DNA of 64,000 bases from Octopus sinensis (Eukaryota): positions 57,474,001 to 57,538,000 of the forward strand of contig NC_043010.1 of NCBI RefSeq assembly GCF_006345805.1. Direction: 5' to 3'. Under the pieces are notes generated by a model. It had not been told where the DNA came from and did not search any database. It was given only the letters and a program-made list of their open reading frames with translations. Below, piece by piece: positions 13,712-26,915 of this stretch. The position numbers and the translations under genes are program-made. Numbering within the stretch: position 1 is the stretch's first letter; each line of letters starts with the position of its first letter.

Positions 13712-14699
13712 TACAGTGAAGTGCAATGCCCAGCCACTTACACAATATGTAGTTTTGTGTATGTATGTATGTAAAAGTCGCACACACACACACACACACA
13801 CATATATACTCATGTGCCACACAAACACTCACACATAGTACAGTAAAGGTACAAGCACAATACTCAGCCACTCACACTCACACACACACACACTGCATAC
13901 CAACAATATGCGTATCTCATTCAGTTGCGAATCCCCATTCAGTCAGAAAATTCACTTCTTCTTCTCTCTCTCTCTCTCTCTCCCCCTCCCCCCCTCCCCC
14001 CCTCTCTCTCTCTCTCTATTCTGAAGTGTTTTTGCTCTAAATCTGAAGATGCAACACTTCAAATATACAATCTTTGGTTTTAACCGAGTGCTGAGAATTT
14101 CTTGAGCACAGTTTAGCTGCTACATCAAACAGCATCAGATTCTAGCTAGAATTTTCCATTCTAGTTTGAAGGGACCCCAATTCTAGAATGACGCTTGGGC
14201 TGATTTTTCATTATTTTATTGACCAAATCCAGTCGTTCCAGAGACTTTATGGAGTTCTTGATTGAAAGAAATCCAGGAAAAAATTAAAGGAGTCCATTTG
14301 ACAATTCTATGGAATAGACTAGACCAGAAGGCTATAAAAGTATCATTTGTGGGCGCTCTGTGATCCCTATTTAATGAAAGAAAGAAAATTTGTTGCAGGG
14401 TGGTGGTGTTGTAACACATCGCACATCAGGTGACCATATACATGCTCTGTGATTGGCTGAAAGACTTTATTCTAACAGGAAATGAAGTCAACAAACTGGT
14501 TTACTCTCACAGTTATTACTTATATTATAGACCAGTTGCCAAAATGACCCTTAAGGGTCCATATAAGGGTGTTTTTTTAAAAATTTATCTGCAATCAATT
14601 GTTTAGACTTCCACAATACACCAAATATCTTTTTTCTCTTTCTAATACAGTTCCTGATTCTGCGAATATAATGAATTTATTTTAAACATTGAATGGCTA

Positions 14700-14766
14700 G
14701 GATAATACAGCTGAATAAAAGAGGAACCAAAGAGGCCCCTAGGTGGAAAATTGTTGAGAACCACTG
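14700..14766. mobile_element. hAT-like MITE terminus
   Basis: Ends ...TTGTTGAGAACCACTG, the reverse complement of a CAGTGGTTCTCAA hAT/Charlie-type end; partner end not found. Confidence 0.4.
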
Positions 14767-14984
14767 GTCTAGGCAAACAGCACTGCTTCCCTTAATTTCT
14801 CCTCGAATATTTCGAGATCTCATGACACAAAGATTATTCCTTTATTTAATTCTTTGAGATAATTCTTAACCTTAATGGTTACAAAACAATATGGTGGCAA
14901 AAAGTATAGTCTTTGCCCAGGTTTGAAACCCCTTCTCTGAATTTACTGCTTGCATATGTTGTATAATAAGCACACACACACATT

Positions 14985-15131
14985 GGGCTTCTTTCAGTTC
15001 CTGTCTACCAATTCCACTCACAAGGCTTTGCTTGGCCTGAAACTATAGGAGAAGGCACTTGCTTAAAATGGATTACAATAGGACTGAACCCAGAGACATG
15101 TGGTTGCTTACTACACAGCCATGCCTACACC
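14985..15131 (-). mobile_element. SINE family A, 5' half
   Basis: Reverse complement matches 54114-54277. Confidence 0.8.
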
Positions 15132-15219
15132 TATATATATATATATATATATTATAAATATACATGTGTGATGGTGCATGTATGTGTGAGTATATATATA
15201 TGTGTACATACATACATAC

Positions 15220-15264
<45 letters not shown>

Positions 15265-16004
15265 CATATATATATGTATATCTCCATACATATACATATA
15301 TATATGCATGTATAAGTCTGCATTCTTATTCATAATCATCATCATCATCATCATCATGATTATGAATAAGAATACAGACATATACATGCATATATATATG
15401 TATAAGTATGTATTTATTCATATACCTACACATATAGATAAATGGATGTGTATGAAAAAACCACCCTTCATATGACAAATAGATAGACATTCGTAGAAAG
15501 AAAATGGTAAAAGAAAATTCTATTATCCATTAAAATATATTTTTTGATTTTAGTCTCACCCTGCATTCTTCTTCCTCACTCACCCACCCCACTCTCCATT
15601 CACCCCACCCCCCATCTAAAAACTCACACAAAAAAAGACACCTTTATAGATTTTCTCAAAGGATTTATAAATACTTTGAGAAATTCACCATTTCATATTT
15701 TTAGGAGAAGAAAATGGACAAAAAAATATTTGCAAACTTCATATTTCTTTGGAAAAATGAGGAAAAATTTTTAGAAAATGGAGAAAGAATGAAAATAAGA
15801 AAAAAAAAATGACTGATTTGATGAAAAAATGGTAACAACTCCTTCACTCCTTGAAACAATAACCATTTTGATGATGATAATGATGATGGTACTGGTGCCG
15901 ATGATGATGATGGTAATGGTGGTAGTGGGGTGAGGATGATGATGATGATAAAAGTGGTGGTGGTTGTGGTGATAATAGCAACAATAATAATGATTTCTTT
16001 TAAC

Positions 16005-16005
16005 A

Positions 16006-16058
<53 letters not shown>

Positions 16059-16129
16059 CCAAGTAAAAGTAAAATTATCAATAACAATAATAATAATAAT
16101 GATACTACTACTACTACTACTACTACTAC

Positions 16130-16168
<39 letters not shown>

Positions 16169-16180
16169 CAACAACAATGT
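16005..16180. repeat. (AAT)n/(ACT)n microsatellite
   Basis: Direct inspection. Confidence 0.93.
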
Positions 16181-16653
16181 AAGTAGTTGATGTAGATCTC
16201 TGAATAGATGAGTTTGAAAAAAAAGTGTAAAGGGCAACTGCAGAGGCAACACATACGACTGAATAAACACTGGGTTTAAGAGGAACGAGGGAGGGGAAAA
16301 AAAGGGGGAAACCAGGTAAAACAAGAAAATATTGCTGAGAAGAGAATAAGTTTAAGATTATTCTAAAATATTCCACAAAATTCAGGAATATTTAGGAATA
16401 ATCTGGAACTGAGAATACAATTCTTGTGCAGCTTGGTGGACTTTTTTCCTCTATTTATACACGTTTGATATACATACATACATACATACATACATACCTA
16501 CTACATACATACATACTACATACATACATACATACATACAAAGATGTATGTGTGTGTGTGTGTACGCTTTCATTCTGTTTTTCCTGAATGGAGAACAATG
16601 TTCTGATTTGTAATTGGCTTACTTTTACAATTATAACTATCCACATACATACA

Positions 16654-16687
<34 letters not shown>

Positions 16688-16982
16688 CACACACACATAT
16701 GTATGCATGCATACACACATTTATACATAGATACATAAATACATGTATATGTGCATATACATGTATCCATTTATTCATGTGTTGACAGACAGACAGACAG
16801 ACAGACACACACACACGCAATAACATGCACACTCACAGACACACATGCCACCCCATCCACCCTCATTCACTGCATTTTCTATTTCAGTTTGAGAAATAAT
16901 GTATTGTCTTACTTATTTTATTCATGTTCAGGGTCTTATAGTTTTGTGCGTGTGTATACACACACACATGTACACACATATT

Positions 16983-17026
<44 letters not shown>

Positions 17027-17240
17027 CCACAAACACATATATATATACATGTAAATACACAGACATTTTATATATATATATATGTATATATACACACACA
17101 CATATATATATAAACATGTATATATAAAGACATTACATATATATGTATATATATATATATATGTATATATACACACACACAATGTATGTATATGCTTGTA
17201 TATATATATATATATATACATGTATATATAAAGACATTAC

Positions 17241-17274
<34 letters not shown>

Positions 17275-17744
17275 CTGTGTGTGTGTATGCTTGTATGTAA
17301 GTTTGAAGTTTCGCTGTTCCTTAGAATGAACTGCATTCTCTGCAAAACTTCGAAGTTAATAATTTCTTTGTTTTCCTCATTGTTCTGGCAACCATGGCTG
17401 AATGGTTAAAAACTTTTCTTCACAAACCCAAGATCATGAGTTCTATCTTTCTACATGACATCTTACACACACACACACACACATAGTGAGTGGAAGAAAC
17501 AAGTTCATTGTCAGGTTGCCATAGCAGCAGCTGTTGTTGATGGAACAAATGCCAAGCTAAGTTGTAGCTTCTCCCCTTTAACTCACAGTAATATATTTCT
17601 CTCCTCATTCATGAGTCACACCGCCTCAATTTCTGATCAATAAAATAACTTTGAAGAAGAACTGGCCATTATCAGAATGAGGTGTTTACACACAGGCAAC
17701 ATCACATATATACACAAACATTGTAATCATAAGAGATGGGCTAA

Positions 17745-17895
17745 GTCGTTTACTTAAAATAGCAGCCAGATCTCCCTCAAATCTCGCTCTGCTATAGAAG
17801 ACAATATATTCCTTGATATACAAAAAAACACAGGATGGTCATGGCTGGAACATTTTGATCAAAGATCTGTTGAATTAGGACTTGAATTAAACAAC
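17745..17895 (+). mobile_element. Old unclassified interspersed repeat (second copy at about 48765-48915)
   Basis: Shared motifs AAATAGC(A/T)GCCAG and ATGGTC(A/G)TGGCTGGAA in the same order and similar spacing. Confidence 0.4.
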
Positions 17896-18139
17896 AACGG
17901 CAACATGAAACCTTGGGACCTTGTACCTTGAGTTTTGGAAAGATCTTCATTCTTGTGAATATAACCCCCTAATCCCCATCAAGAGCATCAACACTGCATT
18001 CACTAAAGAGTGTTGTTTCTCAGACAGTCTGACCATGGCTAACACAACCCAGTTACCTGTTACAAATTAAATTCATTAATTTCCCTAAATCCTCCTTTTC
18101 TTACTACTACTGCTACTACTACTGCTGCTGCTACTACTA

Positions 18140-18170
<31 letters not shown>

Positions 18171-18756
18171 CATCTTCTCTGCTTCACACCACTAACAGTT
18201 TGGGTACCACTTCAACCCTGTCCAATAACTACTACCCCTCCCCATTTTGTTATCTCTAAACTTCCTGCACCAACATTGCCCTTCTCTAATAGTAAGTACA
18301 AGTAGTAGTTGTTGTTATTGTTGTTGTTGGTGGTGGTGGTGGTCATGGTTGGCTGACTGAGCTGTATAAAGAGTGATTGTGATTGTTGTGTCAACCCACA
18401 GTCAGCTGATATTTGTTACATCAACAGGAAATAAGAACATGGCAAACACAATGGAGAGGAAAGACAAATGATATGCAATATATTGGAATATTTAAAATAT
18501 GTGGGGAGAGAGAGAGGGGGGGAGAGAGAGAGAAAGAGAGAGGTTAATAGATAGACTGACAGGCAGATGAATAGATAAATAGAGAGATAGATATATAGAG
18601 AGAGAAATGGATAGATAGATAGAAAGATATATATATATGAATATATATAGAGATAGATAGATAGATAGATAGATAGATAAACAGATAGATGAAATAGACA
18701 GACAGCTAAATAAATAAGTAGATATATAGATAGATAAATATATATATATATATATA

Positions 18757-19160
18757 TTTAATGTAGGATAAAATCTTTTCGAAAAAGAAATTTTATCAAT
18801 GACCAGCATATTAACAAATACCTTTAAAGGTTAAATTTATAAATAACTTATAAAATAAGGGCAAAAGAAAAATTCTAATGCCAAATATGCCGAAAATAGA
18901 CAAAATTTTCAATAACCATTATAATTTTTGCATCTCTAAATTCCGTTATTACCGTATTGGTCCCAATTTCAGAGTTAATTCATAAGAATTTTCTCCTCCT
19001 CAGTGATAAATACGTAAGACATAAATGAAATACTTACTCATACTCATGGAAAAAGCAAGCACTAAGTCGTGAGCAGACCTAATTATAATGGTTATTGACA
19101 ATTTTGTCTATTTTCGGCATATTTGGCATTAGAATATTTCTTTTGCCCTTATTTTATAAG

Positions 19161-19163
<3 letters not shown>
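18757..19163. mobile_element. Penelope-like pLTR relic: 83-bp inverted repeats around a hammerhead-bearing spacer, inside (TA)n
   Basis: 18844-18926 is the reverse complement of 19081-19163 with 2 mismatches; hammerhead-like motif on the minus strand at 18949-19009. Confidence 0.7.
18949..19009 (-). ncRNA. Type I hammerhead ribozyme candidate
   Basis: TTATCA-CTGAGGA-GGAG-AA-AATTC-TTAT-GAATT-AA-CTCT-GAA-ATTGG-GA-CCAAT-A-CGGTAA. Confidence 0.7.
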
Positions 19164-19191
<28 letters not shown>

Positions 19192-19195
<4 letters not shown>

Positions 19196-19442
19196 CTGGT
19201 GGCACGTAAAGAGCACCATCCAACCGTGGCCATTTGTCAGCCACGTCTGGCACCTGTGCCGGTGGCACGGAAAAAGCACCCACTACACTCACAGAGTGGT
19301 TGGCGTTAGGAAGGGCATCCAGCCGTAGAAACATTGCCAGATCAGACTGGGCCTGGTGCAGCCTTCTGGCTTCCAGTTGAACTGTCCAACCCATGCTAGC
19401 ATGGAAAGCAGACGCTAAACGATGATGATGATGATGATGATA
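19192..19442 (+). mobile_element. RTE 3'-tail module
   Basis: Close match to 28410-28668 with a (GAT)n tail; flanked by (TA)n. Confidence 0.88.
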
Positions 19443-19530
19443 TATATTTATCTGTTTCTATATATATAAATACACAGTATGATCCCTGTGTGAAGCTCTC
19501 CACTGATGAGTTACTTTTGCAACAACGACA

Positions 19531-19831
19531 AGGATCCCAGCTGACAAGGATCAACAGAACAGCTCACTCGTGAAATTAACGTGCAAGTGGCTGAGTACTC
19601 CACAGACATGTGTACCTTAATGTAGTTCTCAGGGAGACTCAGTGTGACACAGAATGGGACAAGGCCAGCCCTTTGAAATACAGGTACAACTCATTTTTGC
19701 CAGCTGAGTGGACTGGAGCAATAAAGTGAAATAAAGTGTCTTGCTCAAGGACACAACGTGTCAATGGGAATTGAACTCATGACCTTACAACCATGAGCCA
19801 AATGCCCTAACCACTAAGTCACATGCCTTCA
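19531..19831 (-). mobile_element. tRNA-derived SINE family C, near full length
   Basis: Minus strand has an A-box-like TGACTTAGTGG and a B-box-like GAGTTCAATTCCC, then TGTGTCCTTGAGCAAGACACTT (CORE-like); 5' fragment also at 31476-31600. Confidence 0.8.
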
Positions 19832-19851
19832 CACATATATACATATATATA

Positions 19852-19883
<32 letters not shown>

Positions 19884-20242
19884 TTACTCTTGTAAATAGT
19901 TCCAATATTTTCTTGTCTTCTTTGTGTGTTCCACCAAATCTTTCTTCTTTGTCTCTTTCTCTTTCACTCTCACTTTTGCTCTCTCTCACACCCTCACTCT
20001 CCCCCTCTCTCTCTCCATTATATATATATATATATATATACAAATTAAACTTTAGAAAATGGAGTTAATGAATTATATCAATGCTACATCTCCATATTAT
20101 GTTGGCAAATAATCTTTACTCCAAAGTACTGTTGCTGAATATCTCTCGTCGTAAGATTTAAATATAGTAATTTTCTAACAATATGTCTGTTGAGATGGTT
20201 TGGAAGAATAACATGTAATAACATAATGCTATGTCTTTTTTA

Positions 20243-20327
20243 CTCCTCTGACGACATTTTGTCCAATAAAATGTTTTAATTACTGGAATTTAATTTTGGG
20301 GGGCAAAATCGAAACAGCTGTAAGTGA
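20243..20327 (+). ncRNA. Type I hammerhead ribozyme candidate in a (TA)n-flanked island (20041-20540)
   Basis: CTGACGA (20248-20254), long stem II ATTTTGTCC/GGGCAAAAT, GAA, palindromic ACAGCTGT, A17, AGTGA. Confidence 0.7.
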
Positions 20328-20684
20328 TCATGTTGAATTTTTGCAATTAATAAATTCTATTAACACTACTTCGCTATTTTCTGGATTTTAATTTGAATAT
20401 TTATAAACCAAGATTTATGCTTAAATCTACTATTTTAGGAATATTACAATTCTCAACAAAATAATAGGCAACAAACCAGTAATCCATTGAATATCTTCTT
20501 TCCCTTAAGGTGTTTATTTTAACCTCTATTTAAACTTATATATATATATATATATATACATACATATATATATATCTCAGTCCTCAGTCAAACCGTCCAA
20601 CACATACCAGCATGGAAAGCAACATTAAATGATGATGATATATTTATATATATATATGTATATAATATATATATATATATATAT

Positions 20685-20761
<77 letters not shown>

Positions 20762-20826
20762 CATACATAATATTATATATACATATATACATACATATAT
20801 ATATATAATATATATATATATATATC

Positions 20827-20888
<62 letters not shown>

Positions 20889-21040
20889 ATATATATATAA
20901 TATATATATATATATTAAATGTGAGAATAAAATTCTTTTCGAAAAAAAAAATATTGATATATATTATATATATCTATATATATATATATATGTATGTATG
21001 TATATTTATATATATATGTTATATAATGTATATATATATG

Positions 21041-21077
<37 letters not shown>

Positions 21078-21149
21078 ATACATATATATAATATATTTAT
21101 ATATATATGTATATATATTATCTATATATGTATATACATATATCTGTAC

Positions 21150-21194
<45 letters not shown>

Positions 21195-21259
21195 GTACAC
21201 ACACACATAACACAAAACACATACACATACACCTATACACATGTATAATGCATTTGGCT

Positions 21260-21415
21260 GACGGTTTCCTCATATAGAATTTCCTCACAGTTTACATTGG
21301 TCGACCTGTTACCAAGCAGCTAGAAAACACTTGACAAACGTGCCACGCAGTGGAATTGATCTGCAAGTCACTTGGCTGGCAAGTGAAGCCTCTTATCGGT
21401 GGTGCAGCCATGCCA
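21260..21415 (-). mobile_element. SINE family A, degenerate
   Basis: ACACTTGACAAACGTGCCACGCAGTGGAATTGA resembles the family A segment ACACTTGCCCAAGGTGCCATGCAATGGGACTGA at 50325-50357. Confidence 0.55.
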
Positions 21416-22147
21416 GTGGCCATTTAGTTGAAGAAAATCTTCAAGTGTGACACCAATGGTTCTTATCAGCAAACATTGTGAAATATAGGTCAGTTTGGTT
21501 GTAGCTGACAAATATTAAAATGGCCAAAAGTGTTGGTGAAAAGTTATGAATTCAAGAATGTGTGTATGATTTATGGCAGAAGGAACTGGGAGCGTTTAGC
21601 ATTGAACGAAGCAGCGAGCAATAATAGTTCAATAGAAGAAACATCAAAAGATAAAAGCAGGCTCGTTGCCAAATATCGGCACCAAATCACAGACTGTATT
21701 GCAGATTTAATATTGAGGGATATTAGTGAAAAATAAGATACATCAGAGCGTTGAAAGAGAATTATTGAAATCAATAAAAGCTCTTTTAGCAAGACATTTT
21801 ACAATTACAGCAGAGCACAGCAAGTGCAAATTCTCGTGGCACATACACAGCACACCATAAAAGTCTGTGTTCTTTTAGTCTCAAGTGACAACACTCAATA
21901 CATCTTTCTCTGTCCCTTACTCTCCTGCTACCTGCACCATGCCAAATTTCCAGCACGCCACACCGCCTGCCCCTACCTTCATCGACTAACCTCTTTGCTA
22001 GCTGCTGCTTCTAGCTTCTATTGCTTCCATAACGGACGGCAAACAATACCAAACACTCTCTCTCTCTCATACAACGCACCGGTGACTCCGTTGTCATGTT
22101 GATCCAGGTGTTTGAACAAATATTAATATCTTCATATTGGCTGTAGA

Positions 22148-22275
22148 GATGATGATGGCGATGATGATGATGATGGGGAGGAGGAGGATGACGACGACGA
22201 TGACGACAACGACGACGAGGATGGTGACTGTGGTGGAGGTGGTGGTGGTAGTGGTGGTGGTGGTAGTGGTGGTGG

Positions 22276-22316
<41 letters not shown>

Positions 22317-22979
22317 GGGAGGAGGAGGAGGACGACGACAACGAGGATGGTGACAGGTGGTGACTGATGGTGATGATGATGATGGTAATGATGGTGATGA
22401 TGATGAGGGGAGGAGGAGGAGGACAACGTGGATGGTGACTGTGGTGGTGGTGATGATGATGATGGCAGTCATTGTGATGGTGGTAGTAGCAGAGGCGATG
22501 GAGATGATGATGATGATGAGGAGGAGGAAGAGGATGGGAATGATGATGCTGAAGATGATGGAAGCAATAATAATGTTGCTGCTGATCATGATGAAGATGA
22601 GGAGGACAGGAAGGAGTATAGTGATGCAGTGAAAGGGGGAAATGATGTACATATGATACCTTCCATGATAATGATGGCATTCGTATTGATGATGATGGTG
22701 ATGATGATTGTTGGGCAATGAAAATGATGGTGGTGGTGGCAGTGGTGGTGGTGGTGGTGGTGAGGACAAGGACATTACTATGAATGGTGATAATGATGAT
22801 GATGATGATAATTGTAATTGTGATGAAAGGACCACTGTTGATGTTGATGATGATTATGATGATGATGAAAAGAAAGATGCCAAGGGGGAAAAGAAGACGA
22901 TGATGATGATGATGAAGAGGATGAGGAAGCTGATGATGATGATGAGGAATTGGAGAATGATGCTGAGAACGATGATGAC

Positions 22980-23033
<54 letters not shown>
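22148..23033. repeat. (GAT/GGT/GAG)n compound trinucleotide region
   Basis: Direct inspection. Confidence 0.92.
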
Positions 23034-23036
<3 letters not shown>

Positions 23037-23672
23037 AACAGCTGGTAGACATGTGGTGTGAAAGTAACGTTAGGGAGAATGAAAAAATATATCAAATTTA
23101 TTTTAAAACTGAGGGGACAGGTGTGTATGTGTGTATATATAAGTGTGTATGTGTGTGTGTGTGTTACTGTAGTTGGGTGTGTGTTTGTCAGGATGAAACG
23201 GGGTTCAAACTATGGAGAAGCATGCATCTATTGTAGGAAACAACGCACGCACACACACACACACACACACACTCAAGCACGCACATATATTGATACATTA
23301 TGTATATGTATATATGTGCATGTATGGTGTTTCAGTGGTGAGTGTGTGTGTGTGTATATATATATATGAAATATAGAAACACCATACATGAATATATATA
23401 TATATATATACATACATATACATAAATGCATATGCACATATATGCATACACAGAAACACACACACACACACACATACACAGTGTAAACACAGAGTGGTTT
23501 AAAGCACACAATCTCACCTCTAACATAAAAGATTTCCGAATATTAATTTAGTTTTTATCTTGCTTCCGAATTGTATAGAATTCACACAACACAACACATA
23601 CACTCATATATTGGGCTTGAATATGAATGTATGTAGGGGAATATAGCTTAAGTTCTTTGTATTCCTAGGAAT

Positions 23673-23727
<55 letters not shown>

Positions 23728-24172
23728 CATACATAGGTACATAGACAACACTCATATGCACGCATTCGATGAATGGTGGGGGGGGATAACATACATAAAA
23801 GACAAGAAACTGAATAAATAGTTTACACCTATTGTTGTGAAAGGATCCCCTTGTAAATAGAGAAGGCCTGGAGGGGAAGTGGACACACAAAAGGAAAGAA
23901 ACACACACACACACACACACACACATGACACACGCATATATGTATATATATATATATGCATACATATGTATTGTAAGTATATATAAATGCGTGTGTGTGT
24001 GTGTTGTACATTGGAAATGGAAGAAAGAGACAAAGAGACGAAGAAAGAAGGAAAGAGAGAAGGAAAGCTGTGAAATGAAAGGGAAAAATGATAAGAAGTG
24101 AGGTTAGAGAAATGATGCATGAGAAGATGGAGAATAGAAGAGAAGAAGAAGAACAAGGAATGGGAGGAGGCG

Positions 24173-24210
<38 letters not shown>

Positions 24211-24303
24211 CAAGTATTTCTATGATTAATGAACAAATATTCATATGTCATATTTTTGCTTGAGTAAGGTGTGTATCATCTCTCTCTCTCTCCCTCTCTC
24301 TCC

Positions 24304-24338
<35 letters not shown>

Positions 24339-24597
24339 TCGGTTGGTAATTGAATGTGACTGTATGCAGAAAAGTAATTGAATATTGAAAGTGTGTGTGT
24401 GTGTGTGCCTATGTATATCTGTATGTAGGTTTACATGTATCTATGTGTATACATGTTTATACATAGATATGTATGTATGCATGTGGGTATATGTGTGTGT
24501 GTTTATCTATTCATACACACACACACACACACATATATATATATTTTATACATAGCTGTGTATATATGCGTGTGTTTGCATGCACATATATTTGTGT

Positions 24598-24682
24598 GTG
24601 TGTGGTAAAAGTTTGCTTCCCAACCACATGGTTCTGGGTTCAGTCCCACCGCATGACATGTTGAGCAAGCACCCTCTACTAT
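24598..24682 (+). mobile_element. SINE family A head fragment
   Basis: GTGTGGTAAAAGTTTGCTTCCCAACCACATGGTTCTGGGTTCAGTCCCAC. Confidence 0.75.
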
Positions 24683-25666
24683 ATATATATGCAGACATAC
24701 ATATATACATAAACATATACATATACATACACACACATACACACACATAAATGTACAAGTATGTGTGCATGTATATGTTTGTATATGAATATATATTTAT
24801 ACATATATGTGTGTGAGTATATATATATATGTCTGTGTGTGTGTGGATATATATATGTGTATACAAGATGTGTCTTCTGCATCGCTATACGACTATACAA
24901 TTCTATGTGTGCACACAGTGTATATACTGCATGTGTTTCTACACATCTAAGTCAATGATGTAATCCAGAGCAAATTTTGAAACAGCTGTGACCATACACA
25001 AATATTAAATCTACTTTTGCTTCATACATCTCCTGGTTCCTTTGCTTACTCCTCTGTAGAAATACTACCACTAGGGTAACCTGTTAAATTACATAAAAAA
25101 TTTACCATTTAACCTGATAGCCATTTCCTCAGCTGCAATGCTTGCTGTGAATTCCGTTTGAATCTCCAAATCCGATTTTCTCATTTATTTATTTATATAT
25201 AAATAAATTTATATAGTTAGTTTTCAGATACATCTTGTCGATGCTCTGGGTTGTATCATCAGCAATGTTTCTAGGGTCTCTGGCGCTTTGAGTCTTTCAA
25301 CATCAGAACTCATTTGACCCACCTGCGATTGCTCAACTCCCAATTTGCACCCCACTCACTGCAAACCTAGGGCTTTCTTTGCAGCTTCAGTGAAAGGATC
25401 CCCTTGTAAGGCCTGGAGGTCTTTTTTGAATTTTATGTCGCTCACCGACAGCTTTTATAGTGACGAGATATAACATGAGTGGTTATAGAGGTTTTGACTG
25501 CTATTTCTAGACATATAAGGGTTTTTATAACCCTCTCCATTATAATTGTGATTTATTCACAATTATACACTCTTCTTTTATGGAAATAGTTTTTGATTGC
25601 ATGTTCTGGCCACTGATATATTCGTAAATAATTTTGTATTGTTTACAATACATCCTGCATAATGTA

Positions 25667-26208
25667 CGAGGGTGAGTGAAAAAGTGATTCGGACAGGTAT
25701 AATTACCAACACAGGAACATGTATCATACATCAAAATGAAGCTTATTATGAGTTTAATGTTTTACCTTTTGGCAAGAAATCAACCAGAATGACACCTTGA
25801 GCTTCCTCAAAGACAGTCGCCATGATTTTTCCAGCTGACTTTTGCATCTTGAACTTTTTCAGTGGTGGTGATGTAGAGTGGTGTCATTCCATTGACTGCC
25901 TCTTTGATTCTGGTTCATAATGAGGAACCCATGTTTCATCACCTGTTATGAGACTTTGAAAGGTGTGGTCTCTTTGACTCTGTAGTGAAGAAGTGTCTCA
26001 AAGAACAGTCAACAGAATTTTAATGGGGCAAGGATACATGCTCTCATTCGAAGGTGGAACATTGCTATTAAGAGAAATGGTGACTATGTTGAGAAGTAGG
26101 GATGTGATCCTCAGAGGACCAGTTTCATTTTGATGTATGATACATGTTCCTGTGTTGGTAATTATACCTGTCCTAAACAAAATGGCATTACTTTTTGACT
26201 CACTGTCG
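25667..26208. mobile_element. Rearranged non-autonomous mariner (DD34D-type) element
   Basis: TA at both ends; inverted arms share GGACAGGTATAATTACCAACACAGGAACATGTATCATACATCAAAATGAA; minus-strand LITGDETWVPHYEPESKRQSME*HH...SAGKIMATVF...GVILVDFLPKG; plus-strand IHALIRRWNIAIKRNGDYVEK*. Confidence 0.9.
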
Positions 26209-26469
26209 TATTTTTACATTCCTCTTTTATTATATATATATATATATATATAGGTTATGTTAAAAAATTAAAGTTTAGATAGGAGACTTTAGAATGTAGT
26301 ATCCAAACCTTGTTTGTGTATGTCCCTAGTAGTGTGCCTTGTGAGCACGTTCACCCCTTAGAGCAACCAGGCATCAACTGCGGTACTGCACTTTTGTCTC
26401 AACATTTACATAAGTACACTCCGTCTTCCTTATCAATTATTTAATATATATATATATATATACATATAT

Positions 26470-26839
26470 TCTTTTATTCTTTTACTTTTTTCAGTCATTT
26501 GACTGTAGCCATGCTGGAGCACCGCCTATAAGTGAAGAAAACTACCCCAGGACTTATTCTTTGTAAGCCTAGTACTTGTTCTATCGGCCTCTTTTGCTGA
26601 ACTGCCAAGTTATGGGGACACAAACACACCAACATCGGTGTGTCAAGCAGTGGTAGGGGAACAAACACAGACACAAACATATACACACAAATATGTATAT
26701 ATATATGTATACAAGGGGCTTCTCTCAGTTTCTGTCTACCAAATCCACTTACAAGGCTTCGATCAGCCTGAGGCCATTGTAGAGGACACTTGCCTAATGT
26801 GCCACACGGTGGGACTTACCACACAGCCACACCTGCACC
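26470..26839 (-). mobile_element. SINE family A, bipartite copy with internal microsatellite
   Basis: Collinear with 50010-50412; small deletion in the tRNA-like head. Confidence 0.85.
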
Positions 26840-26868
26840 TATACAGAGAGCATATATATATACACACA

Positions 26869-26914
<46 letters not shown>

Positions 26915-26915
26915 T

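Noticed and set aside
19495-19530. CTGATGA-GTT...AAC-GA possible hammerhead half
   Set aside because: GAAA, stem III and the cleavage site are absent, possibly cut off by the adjacent SINE; cannot be supported.
26250-26445. (TA)n-flanked island that could be another pLTR relic
   Set aside because: No CUGANGA core found on either strand; left unclassified.
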